Shown piece after piece: positions 25,318 to 36,710 of a stretch of 64,000 nucleotides of DNA. The first letter of the stretch is position 1. Each line of letters starts with the position of its first letter. A program made the position numbers and the translations under genes. The DNA is from Laetmonice hystrix. Its lineage: Eukaryota. The DNA lies in the NCBI GenBank assembly GCA_965235115.1, contig OZ249436.1, positions 5,582,001-5,646,000 of the forward strand, read 5' to 3'. Below the pieces are notes generated by a model that worked only from the letters and a program-made list of their open reading frames with translations, had not been told where the DNA came from and made no database searches.

Positions 25318-26310
25318 CTCTCTCGGAAGGGAGGCAGGGAAAGACGAACGCCTGCGGAACAGCGTCTGCACGCCTCACTCTCTGACCTCTAGCATCATTA
25401 TCTGGCTCCTCCTATCCAAATTCCACTTTTTCTACGTTGCGTAGAAATAAAATGCAAAGTTATGGAGGGCAACAAATAAATAAAAGATAGATCTAAGTTG
25501 GGCTGTAGAGTCTATATTAGGGCCTACACTAATTTACAGCCATATCATTCTCATAGTCATAGTGCAACTTCGAGTACTGAGTACTTCAATGTGCTACTCC
25601 GCTGCTGGCCGGCCTTCTTTTGTTTTCACTACCTTCGGCTTCGCCGCGTTCGGGCTAAGCAGCCTCGTTTCTATGTGGCATCTCTACTTGGCATATTCAG
25701 TTCACAAGTGGCACTCTCTTGCTCCGCTGAGCAGTTAGTCCGCGGAAATGGTACTGTTTGTTTGTAGTGTAGCAGTTGAATGGTGCCAGTTTGATGTTTT
25801 GTGAATAATTGTATTCCAAGGTTTGTATGCTACACTATTACACATGACGAACACGTTCCTTTTGTTGTTAAAATATAACAATCTTCTGTCAGTGTCATCT
25901 CATAGCCATACCAGACGTCCAGAGCCAGAGGCAGAGAGTGTATAGTAACGACGTTACACTCGCTCTCTGCTCTGCCGCGGACTGCGGCCGCAGCTCAGGC
26001 CCCAGCCTCAGGCCAGTCAGGGTCTGCGACTGCGGCCATACCCATACCCCAGACCAGAGTCCATGGCATAGCCAGAGAATCCGTGCATGTGGATTTTCAG
26101 GGGCGGGGCAGTTTTTGGGAGCGGCAGTGGGTTTTGGGGGGGCAGGGCGCCATGCCCCTCTGAAACTGTATAGCTAGGGCTCTGGACTGGTAACTAATCT
26201 AAATATAGTAATACTTCAGTTCTAGTTGAAGTTCTACTCTGCAAATCTAAAAAAAAATTATGCCAATGATTCCATTTCTCATTTCAGGTCTTGATTGAAA
26301 ACAGGAAGCT

Positions 26311-28391
26311 ATGGCTGTACAGCTACTTGACCTGCCAAAACCAGGAAACATGAGCTGCCTCAGCAACCGTGCTCATCGTACTGGGGCACGTCCCAAACAA
26401 TCTCTCTTTGGGTCATCCCTTCAGATGAGGGACGAGAAGATGTTATCAGAATTAAAGGCCATTGATCTTCAAAAATATGATATGGAGATGAAAGCTCGGA
26501 GTCAGAAAAATCGATCATTGTCTCCTGAGCTTGAGGCCATCTTTGGACCTGGTAAGACCAACTGTTTTTCAAAATGCAAAATAATATGTTTACTTTAAAT
26601 GGTGTAAACATCTTGAAAAATGAATTCAACTCAAAAGTCTTGTAGAGCATGTACATGTACTTCTAATTTATGACCCCATTTCACAATTGAAAATACAATG
26701 ATATTTTACTCAAATGAGCTGAACATACCGGTCTGTTATAAGGTCACAGAAGGCTTTTAAAATGCCGTAAGTATAATAGAATTTAGGAAACTGCACTATC
26801 ATACTCTCTTTGACTGAAGTATCCTGTAACATCGTATCTATAGCAGTCAGTGTTAAACACAACATATTTAGGGCTTCTTGGAGGTTTTCACATTAAAGGC
26901 CATGTGTCGGGGACATTTACTAGAAGATGTGCAACATTCTCAGCACCCTCAGGTAGATTACCGGTAGCATAGCAGTTTCTTGATACCCTTTTTAACTCTA
27001 GCTGGGCTGGCAAACTTAGTTACTCTACCTGTTCCCTGTATTTAGATCATTGTGCTTATACTATATGTACCGGTACTGGTAGTGGTGCTGACAATAAGAA
27101 AGATTAAATTTGAAAGTAATTTTTTTGTTTTTGCCAATTTAAAAAGTCGAATTTATCGTCATTTTAAATTAGTAAGGTAATCAGGCTTTTGAGGCTGATG
27201 CCACTAGTACTATGACATAAGATATTTATTGAGAAATTTAGATGATGTACCGGGGGTATTCTGTTCGTCAAATATGAGGACAATTTTTTGATTATGAACA
27301 GGTGAGCAGTTGATTCAACACAACCAGCAACAGCTTCAGGTCCAGGAAGCAAAAATCAAGCGGGCAGAGAAGATGCTGTCTTCAATTGAGGAGAAATCCA
27401 AATACTTTCAGGTCCAGCCAGTACCAAGTCCAGAAGAGTCGCAGAAACTGTCCAAGCCCCGCCAGTGGATGAGTGAACAAGACATAGGCCACGCCAGTGA
27501 AATCAACAGTGTTGGTCTGAAGAACGGTAGTTATAATCACCATAAGTATGGAAAACGACCTCCTGTCCATCAGTACACTTTAATAGGGGATGTTTTCTCC
27601 AAAGGGATGGATTTCCAGGACGTGACGGACAAACCCAACTATTTGGTGCCTCCAATGATCCCTTACAAGCGCCACAGGGATCCCTATGAAGTACCAAGGG
27701 AGTGTTACATGAAAGACGCCACTGGAGGTACCATTGTGGGAACGTCCTTGAAGATGCCCCCAAACATTCAACACCAGTTCGGCAGTAAAGTGTGTGCTGC
27801 TCTTCTCTCTGATGCTGACAAAGTGAAACAAACCCTGGCAAGCCAGCATCACACTCAGACAATTGCAGCCCGCCAACATCGACCTAAATCTAAAGTTGAA
27901 CTCCCACCCGAAAATTTGAACCCAACCTATGCACAGCTGGGAACTTCTACACGTTCAAATATTTTTGGACCAAGTGTGACGTATGGACACAAAGTTAGTA
28001 AAACAAAGCAAGATTTTTCTAAAGAAATCCACCAAAGGCGTGTAGCTGAGACAGACGAGTATCGCTATCAACGGGATGAACTCAGTAAGTCATTGCAGCA
28101 TCTCTGCTCCACCTTTCTTTGTAAATATGTCTAGCTCTAGACCAGATGACAAATGGCACTTACCTCTAAAATAAATTAAAGGCTGATCATGATAATGTGA
28201 TTACTAATGCTATGATTGCAGGGGGAGTCTTGTCCCTATACAGTTCATATGTTCCTGGCACAGTGTAAGTGCAGTGCTCAGTGCATACTTATCTTTCTCT
28301 TCTAGGTTCCTGGGCTGAGCAAAACGTCCTCCGTCAGCGTGTGAAAAAGGCATGGGATGGGCTCCTTGACGGATCTAATCCAAGGAAATAA
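26311..28391 (+). CDS. TEX33: TEX33-like testis-expressed protein, isoform with the proximal last exon
   Basis: Exons 26311-26551, 27302-28084, 28306-28391 (TAA), all junctions phase 1. MPPNIQHQFGSKVC and LGTSTRSNIF...SKTKQDFSKEI...RDELSSWAEQNVLRQRVKKAWD resemble remembered TEX33 motifs (IPSNIRHKFGS; LGYDLRANLF...RKTDELGRWHQKN). Confidence 0.75.
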
Positions 28392-28792
28392 TTACTGACC
28401 GTCATTAGCGGGGCAGATTGGTGGGGTTCTTCCAGACACAGGACACTGAAATAGCTGCATGTCTTACTTTTCTTTTCTTTTTTCTTTTCTTTTTTTGGAG
28501 GGGGGAGGGGGACACGTCAACTCTACTCCTTCATAGTGTACTTTTTAAACTCCTAAGTGGTAGGTGTACGCGTGATTTTATTTCCTTTGGTTGTATATGA
28601 GTCATGACATTTTGGCTGTTTATGGATGAAGACTGATTATAAACCGATCTTAATATATCAAAGACATGATTGTATGTTATTTCACTGTCCTAGCCTGGCA
28701 TGAAATCCGTAGTTTGAATACTCGGGGTAGTACAACATGTATGAATATGTTCCAACGTGAGATTACCTATCAACAGTGCCTGTTTTTGCCAG

Positions 28793-29136
28793 GTCTTTGG
28801 TGGCAAGATCACACAATCAGGGAGCGTTTGAAGAAGAAATGGGAGGAGTATGACGAGAGCCGACCCAAACCGACACTGAACTGGGACCGCAACGCTAAAC
28901 GTCCACAACCACCTCAGAAACCCAAGGAGCCCAAGCCAAAACTCAAACCAAAGCCAAAACCCAAACAGCCAACACCGCCGCCCCAAAGTGACGTAATAAT
29001 AGAAGATATTGAATTTAAAACGCCGCCATTGACGCCACCTCCGCGCGCCACATTGCCCCCACCAATTGCAACACTCGCGGCAGAAGACGATGATGACTTT
29101 TGGAACTTTTATGATCAAGGTATACCGCTACCCTGA
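28793..29136 (+). CDS. TEX33: Alternative distal last exon of the TEX33-like gene (Pro/Lys-rich extension)
   Basis: Acceptor TTTTTGCCAG in the same phase 1. Encodes SLWWQDHTIRERLKKKWEE...PKPKPKP...EDDDDFWNFYDQGIPLP*, homologous to the proximal last exon. Confidence 0.75.
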
Positions 29137-29261
29137 TCTCCAAAGTCATTTACAATGTCCGTAGGGCCGTATCTTAGCATTGCGGCAGGCGGTTGTCATT
29201 TGTCAGATTTATTTTGTTTGTGTGTGTATAAGAGTTGTCTTCACCTCGTAGCTTTTTACGG

Positions 29262-29672
29262 TCTGGTACGGCCCTGCTGGTCTGATTACGGCCTGCTGGT
29301 CTGATTACGGCCCTGCTGGTCTGATTACGGCCTGCTGGTCTGATTACGGCCTGCTGGTCTGAATACGGCCTGCTGGTTTGATTACGGCCCTGCTGGTCTG
29401 ATTACGGCCTGCTGGTCTGATTACGGCCTGCTGGTCTGATTACGGCCTGCTGGTCTGATTACGGCCCTGCTGGTCTGATTACGGCCTGCTGGTTTGATTA
29501 CGGCCTGCTGGTCTGATTACGGCCTGCTGGTCTGATTACGGCCTGCTGGTCTGATTATGGCCTGCTGGTCTGATTACGGCCCTGCTGGTCTGATTACGGC
29601 CTGCTGGTTTGATTACGGCCTGCTGGTCTGATTACGGCCCTGCTGGTCTGATTACGGCCTGCTGGTCTGATT
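29262..29672. repeat. 19/20-bp minisatellite, ~21 copies
   Basis: Unit (C)CCTGCTGGTCTGATTACGG, just downstream of the distal stop codon. Confidence 0.95.
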
Positions 29673-32460
29673 AGAGACATACACATTCCCGGTATTATGT
29701 ACATATGAGAATATTTAAACATAATGGTACCAAATATACGCAACCTATGTGATCTTTTGTCAAAATCTGTGAAGTATTAGTTTTGAAACTTGTGGACAGC
29801 ATTGTTTTAACGGTACTAACGGTAAGTCTAAAGCCAAGGACATATTTATTTAGATAAAGACATAGTATGTAGCTCTATTCTGCATATTGAATGGGAACAA
29901 TTCACTTATGGTTTTTAAAAATACATATATAAGTATTATGTATATTATATACAGAGAGAAAGAGTGCGAGATTATTAATCTATTATATTATAATTGACAA
30001 TTTTAGGCAATTCTGACAATTTTGTGACAGTGACTTCTCAGGGTTTGAGGTTGAATCGTGATGCTTTGTGACATGATATCCTGTGATATACAAATAAATA
30101 TATAGTATCTGTGCCTGTGTGCAGGTATCACCCAGTATTCTATGTTATTCTGCGTACGTCTTTCCAATGATACCTTTCTGTGACGGGCTCGTCTTTCCAA
30201 TGATACCTTTCTGTGACGGGCTTGACTCCTCGAGGCATGGATTGCGTGAGGTTTGCTTGGCTTCATTCCATCGGTATTGTTCGACAGGTCGCCCGCGTGT
30301 CTCGTAGTGCAGGTTCAGAAAGCGATCTGGGGCAGGTATATAAGGCAGTTTATCCAACTGCTTTTTTTCTCACTGTGATTTGAAGGGGGGGGGGAGAGGC
30401 CGAGCACTTAAATTGGTAGCGAAGGAGGGAGGTCTACCCCGTAAAAGGAAAGATATAACAGGTTTAAAACGAGTGTCATGCAGAGTCAACCCCGAATGTT
30501 ACAACGCCAACTTTGAGACACAGGCGCAAGATCCAGGTGCGCCAAGTAGGAGGGGGTGGGTGGGTGAACAAAAACCTGACCTAAACCAAAACAATCTCAC
30601 GATTTGGGTCATAGCCAATCTTGTGCCCAGATCATGACCACCTCAGATTTAGACCTTTACTAATTAAACGTATGAAAATGGAAAGTTTGTTGAAGTGAGT
30701 GTTATAAAGATCAAATTTAGCTGTAGGCCATACGTGTACATCTGTCTCCGGATAACCGAAGTGTACGGGCCAGCTCTCTGTCTCTGCCTCTCTCTATCTG
30801 TATCTCTCTCTCTCTATCCCAGACTTTCCCCTGCTGCTCGTTGGGAAATAAAGGCCTGCATGTGCCTGTGCAGACATCTCATGCACCGCCTGGTCCATTA
30901 TTTTATTGGTGTGAAAGAGACGGGAGGGGGGCTCCAGACCCCCACCTTGGGGGGCTGCACGTGAAGGGATCCGTCACGTGACAGAAGCTGTGACAAAAAG
31001 ACTGCATGGTCACATGGTCTATCATTTGGCGCATCGTTTGACAACTATGTCAAACGGTACACTGTGTCACTGAGATGTCAAACTGTACATTGGCGTCATA
31101 CGGGGTGAAGACACGGGGTTGCATGACGCGCAGTAGGCCTACAGGTTCTGTCAACGGCGGTCGTTGGCATTGCCAGTTATTATGGAATACTGCAGTCTCG
31201 TTCCTGTATGTTGGTGATTCTACGTATAAAGTGTTCTTGGTCCCGGACTCAGCGGCTGCTGGACAGCATTGTCACGGCAAGTTTAAACGTGTAGATCTAA
31301 GGTAAGCAAATTCACGCGGTCTCTATATCGGCAAGAACTAGAAGTTGATTCACGGTCGCTATACTCTCTGCCGTTAATTAGAGTAAAAAGTCCTTTGACG
31401 TAATTGTGATTGTTGAGCGGGATCATCATTCAACGAACAGCCTGTCAATGTGGTTGCTAACATAGCAGTTCAAGGAAAAACATTGTAGTCAAGAACTACG
31501 GACAGTGGCAGATCCAGGGGAAGGTTTTGGGGGCTTAAGGCCCCCCCTCCCCCCACAGTTGACTCCAGGGTTATCATTTTGCAGTCTGTCTACGGCGAAC
31601 CTTTAGAAAAGGTTTCATACATCCATCAACCCCCCCCCCCCCCGTTACAAAAACCTGGATGTAGCCCCCCCCCCCCCCCCAGTTGTAACATCCCCCCTTG
31701 TAAAATCCCGGATTCGCCCCTCATAGGTCCAATATTTATAAAATGACCGCATGGCTCAATGCAAAAGCATATAGGCATAAGTCATTGTGCGTCACTTCTG
31801 CCCCCCCCCCAATATTTTTTTCCTTCTTACACTACTGTAGGTCTATTCACGTTAGGATTATGCAGGCCCTATGTCATAATGCTATTAAGCGTAGCGTATC
31901 TTGGTGCTGGCTGACATTTTGGCGGGAAAACAGTCGGCCATGGCGGTGCTATCTAGGGTACGGTATCGCCACGGTGTTGCTACGGTTTGTCCCGGTTGCC
32001 CGCGGTTCTGCTACCAGTTGCGGATCCAGGGGGCGCAGGAGGCGCGCGCCCCCTATTTTGGGCAGACTAACCTTTAAAATCTGGTAGTAAATCGGGGGGG
32101 GGGGAATCCTGGATTTTGATAAGGGGGCACCTTTAAAAAGAAGACCTTACTTATTGCGATTAGATCTCTATGACCATTTTGTGCCCCTTTTGGTCTATTT
32201 CAATGCTGCATGGCCCAGAGTTATGTTGCTCCTGGATGACTGAGGAGGCCCTTTTGGGCACGATGTTAGGCCTACTATCACGTACAATATAGGAGGCTTT
32301 TTAGAAGAATTTTGTTGGAATCCTGGTTTCAGGGTCCGAATAATGCATCTTCTTAAAAAGGGAGGGGAAAGAAAAATTTAGGGGTGGGGGGCGGGCCCCC
32401 TGCCCTCTGGATCCCCCAGTGTAGCCTAAATTAATGCCGGGATCCATACTGACTGCCCAG

Positions 32461-33310
32461 TGAGGAATGTGACATCATAATGACATCACAGAGACATCAC
32501 AGGCAGTTCATCGTTAGTTCATCTGATCATGTCACTGTGAGTTCGATCTGTAACCGCACAAACACATCACAGTGACATCAGAGTGTGATATCATATCATG
32601 ACATCACAGTGAGTTCAATCCGTGACCTCACAGTGACATCACATCATGACATCACTGTGAGTTCGATCTGTAACCGCACAAACACATCACAGTGACATCA
32701 GAGTGTGATATCATATCATGACATCACAGTGAGTTCAATCCGTGACCTCACAGTGACATCACATCATGACATCACTGTGAGTTCCATCTGTAACCGCACA
32801 AACAGATCACAGTGACATCAGAGTGTGATATCATATCATGACATCACAGTGAGTTCAATCCGTGACCTCACAGTGACATCACATCATGACATCACTGTGA
32901 GTTCGATCTGTAACCGCACAAACACATCACAGTGACATCAGAGTGTGATATCATATCATGACGTCACTGTGAGTTCAATCCGTGAACTCACAGTGATATC
33001 ATATGACGTCACTGTGAGTTCAATCCTTGACCTCACGGTGATATCATATCATGACGTCACTGTGAGTTCAATCCGTGACCTCACAGTGATATCATATCAT
33101 GACGTCACTGTGAGTTCAATCCTTGACCTCACGGTGATATCATATTATGACGTCACTGTGAGTTCAATCCTTGACCTCACGGTGATATCACATCATAACA
33201 TCACTGTGAGTTCAATCCGTGACCTCACGGTGATATCACATCATAACATCACTGTGAGTTCAATCCGTGACCTCACGGTGATATAACATCACATCACTGT
33301 GAGCTCAATC
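32461..33310. repeat. Left subterminal array (120-bp units grading into 39-bp units)
   Basis: Sequence repeats with period 120 from 32521 to ~32960, then ~39-bp units GTGATATCATATCATGACGTCACTGTGAGTTCAATCC... Confidence 0.93.
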
Positions 33311-33469
33311 CAGTGATGTCGCCCTGAAATCAAAGTTAGGACACAAGGATATGTGTTGATTTTACCATTTATTTCACAATTTCATCCATTACCATATAAG
33401 TAATAATCTAATTACAAGTCCTTGAACTGTCAAATAAAGAACAAGCTAGTTTTCCAATGTCTGTTTCGA

Positions 33470-34970
33470 TAATTCCAACATATCATGATTCAGAACCATA
33501 TCCAAGTACACCACTATACCTGTAAAGGTAACCCAGTTTTGACATGGATTACTAAAAAAATATTTAATACAGATATCGTTTCTCAACAACACATACTATG
33601 ATTCAGATCCAAAGTAACCTGTGAAGGCTAGAATTGTACTAACCCAGTTTTGACATAATATTTAATACAATTATAGTATCGCAACAACACACACTATGAT
33701 TCAGAACCATATGATATCCAAAGTAACCTCTGACGGTTAAAATTGTACTGACCAACTTTTGACATGGATTACTAAAATAATATTTACTACAATTATACAT
33801 CGCCTGATTCAAAACCATATACAAAGTAACCTGTGAAGGTTAAATTGTACTAACCCAGTTTTGATATGGATTACTAAAATAACATTTAATAGAGATATCG
33901 TTTCTCAACAACACCTACTATGATTCAGATCCAAAGTAATCTGTGAAGGCTAGAATTGTACTAACCCAGTTCTGACATGAATTACTAAAATAATATTTAA
34001 TACAATTATCGTATCTCAACAACAAACACTATGATTCAGAACCATATGATATCCAAAGTAACCTCTGATGGTTAAAATTGTACTGACCAACTTTTGACAT
34101 GGATTACTACAATAATATTTACTACAATTATACATCGCCTGATTCAAAACCATATACAAAGTAACCTGTGAAGGTTAAAGGGAAATGTGAGTGTTCAAAG
34201 TGCCACCTAGTGAGTCGCGTTGGTACCACTGGGGAAATGTGAGTCTTCAAAGCGCCGGGTAGTGAGCTTTAACAGAAAAATGTTTGGCCTATTTATGCAG
34301 TCAACTAGTTTGATATGGAAATCAGTAGTATTTTTTAAACCATGAACCAAACTGTGTGGCAGAACCTGTCTACTCCAATGAATGCTATAGTTAAGACCCG
34401 TGTTTCACCAAAGCACTGACTGTTTGGCAGGCTGTAACTTGTTTTTTAATTCGGTGACCCCCAATTTTTTTTTTAACTATTAGTCCTGATCCACTTTATC
34501 CACTGTCACCGAGTTTCAGGAGAAAATCAGTACATGTATTAGTTTTTTAACTATTAGCAAAAATGTCTGAAAAATCCCGTATCTCCCATTGAAACCTATA
34601 GTAAAGACCCATTCTTTACGGAGGCCTGTATAAAAAAATCTAATTCAGTGATATGTGATTTTTGTTTGTTTCTTTGTACTCCTAGGGACAAAGGCTATCC
34701 CCCATAAAAATATTTTAAAAATTCTAGTGGTCGATTCGAACACTCACATTTCCCTTTAAATTGTACTAACCCAGTTTTGACATGGATTCAAAACCATATC
34801 CAAGTACACCACTATACCTGTGAAGGTAACCCAGTTTTGACATGGATTACTAAAAAATATTTAATACAAATACCGTTTTTCAACAACGTATACTATGATT
34901 CAGATCCAAAGTAACCTGTGAAGACTATTAAACCCAGTTCTGACATGGATTACTAAAATAATATTTAATA
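33470..34970. repeat. AT-rich higher-order tandem repeat (~100-110-bp subunits)
   Basis: Recurrent TAACCCAGTTTTGACATGGATTACTAAAA and AAAGTAACCTGTGAAGG blocks. Confidence 0.8.
34179..34755. mobile_element. Kolobok-like MITE
   Basis: TIR AGGGAAATGTGAGTGTTC and TTAA TSD. The empty site GAAGGTTAAATTGTAC is in the neighbouring repeat unit (~33835-33850). Confidence 0.85.
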
Positions 34971-34973
34971 CAA

Positions 34974-35291
34974 CAGGGTTCCGACAGGTTGGCTATATTG
35001 AAATTTCATGACTTCTCCATGACTTTTCCATACCGAAACTCCCAAATTTCATGACCAATTCCGAATAAAATTAACAAAATAGACTAACATATTACATTGT
35101 CCCCTATATTGTACGTCGTGAAAATTTACAATTTAGACCCAACGTACAGAAACTGAAATGTGGTTCAAAAGAAATCTCAAATTCCACGACTTTTCCATGA
35201 CTCTCCCTCGTTTTTCTATTTTCCATGACTTTTCCAGGCCTGGGAAACCAAATTCCATTTTCCATGACTTTTCAAGACCGTGGGAACCCTG
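34974..35291. mobile_element. hAT-like MITE
   Basis: CAGGGTTCC ... GGAACCCTG termini with repeated TTCCATGACTTTTCC subterminal motifs. No TSD. Confidence 0.6.
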
Positions 35292-35599
35292 TCCCCCCAT
35301 GTTCTCCTACTCAAATCTTTTTTTTTACTGTTCACCCTGTGATTCACTCAGACTCTTTTTTAGCATCCGCGACCTCCTACACAGGTGTCACTGTTGTTAG
35401 TTTAATCAGCCCGAAATTGTTGTTAAAATAGGCAATAACTTCCGGCGGTGACGTCATACCTGAAGTCACGGGCATGTAGCACAACTAATCGATCTCAGTT
35501 CATTTAGTTCGCTGTTTATTGATGCCCCTATTTTTCCGATTTTTTTTCAAAAACACTTGAAAAACTAGTCTAGAAGATTAATGACATTTTTTTAGAAAA

Positions 35600-36160
35600 C
35601 AAAATTTTCTATGACTACCAGTTGGGGTTCAGGGAAGGTCACTCAACAAGTATGGTATTGAATATTCTAAACCACAGGAAAACTTGATTTTAGGAAAATA
35701 AAATTTCATAAAACAAAACTCCCACTCTCGTGGCTAAACAACTACCTCTCAGGTAGGCTCCAGAAGGTCCACCTCTCTCAACATAAATCAGGTTAATACT
35801 GGAGTTCCCCATATGTTTTCCTAATAACATATACTATATTAATGACCTTTTTTACCAACGTACCTCATTATAAATCCAAGTCTCAACCTCCAAGTAAACC
35901 AAAGAATTATTAAAAGAGTACAGGCCACGAAGTTTCTAGGATTCATGATTGAAGATAACTTAGACTGGTCTAAACACATTTCTTACATTTCTGGCAAAAT
36001 TGAAAAGAACATTGGCATGATATATAAATCTCGAAAAACATTGAACACTGACATGTTAAGGACAATGTAGTTTACCCCAAAACCTCAAAGAATCGCTTAT
36101 CTATCATTAAACTTCAGAAAAGAGCCCTAAGACTAAGAACTATCACGTTTTCTAAACGTC
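35600..36160 (+). pseudogene. Decayed CR1/L2-clade LINE reverse transcriptase fragments
   Basis: Fragments YDYQLGFREGHSTSMVL, TGVP, YINDL, KFLGFMIEDNLDWSKHISYISGKIEKNIGMIYKSRKTL and LQKRALRL occur in RT order, with deletions and frameshifts. Confidence 0.8.
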
Positions 36161-36451
36161 AAAAGGATATTACAGCTGTTCAAGTCACGTAACATCATCC
36201 TTTTGAAAAACTCTACAGTGGTCATGTACAAGTACGTACTGCCATAACTTGATGCTGATAAAATGACAGTGAGAAGAATTTACAACAAATTTGTCTTAGT
36301 CAGTCCAGACTTTTCTCCACACAAATAAACCTCAGTCTCATGCTAATTACATTTAGGATAAAAGGCCTGTCTTTCTTGAAAATAAGGAAGTAATAGGCCT
36401 ACAGACTAGCCTCGAGATCAAAGCGGGCATTGGGGGGGGGGGGGGCTTTTA

Positions 36452-36710
36452 CAGACCTGCCAACATTCAGCAACATTCAGCCAGGTGCCAGGTACGTTCC
36501 CCAAAGGGACACGGGCACGCACAATTAAAAGGGTTGTCTCAAGTAAATTTTGAGCAAGAACTGATGCCTAACTTATGAATTACCAGTCGGGAAATGGTAA
36601 TTTTTATGTTAATTGCCGTTTCTAATCGTTTTGCGTAGCATATGAAGGACTGAGGGCACAGGAGTGTCGAATGCGTACCAGATATGCAAAATGTGTTGTT
36701 GGCAGGTCGG
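36452..36710. mobile_element. Short MITE
   Basis: Inverted ends CAGACCTGCCAACA ... TGTTGGCAGGTCGG. Confidence 0.5.

Larger units (their letters stand above)
14708..25725. mobile_element. ~11-kb foldback-type element with long, internally tandem inverted arms (left ~14708-16846, right ~21295-25725)
   Basis: The unique outer arm (ATGCCACATAGAAACGAGGCT...GCCCGAACGCGGCGAAG...CAGTACTCGAAG) is mirrored at 25320-25725, and inverted 463-bp tandem arrays lie inside it. I found no TSD and no transposase. Confidence 0.8.

Noticed and set aside
30145..30357. 70-aa minus-strand ORF with a 30-bp duplication
   Set aside because: No good acceptor, no linked exons and no recognisable homology.
32945..33286. 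113-aa repetitive ORF
   Set aside because: Translation of the 39-bp subterminal repeat.
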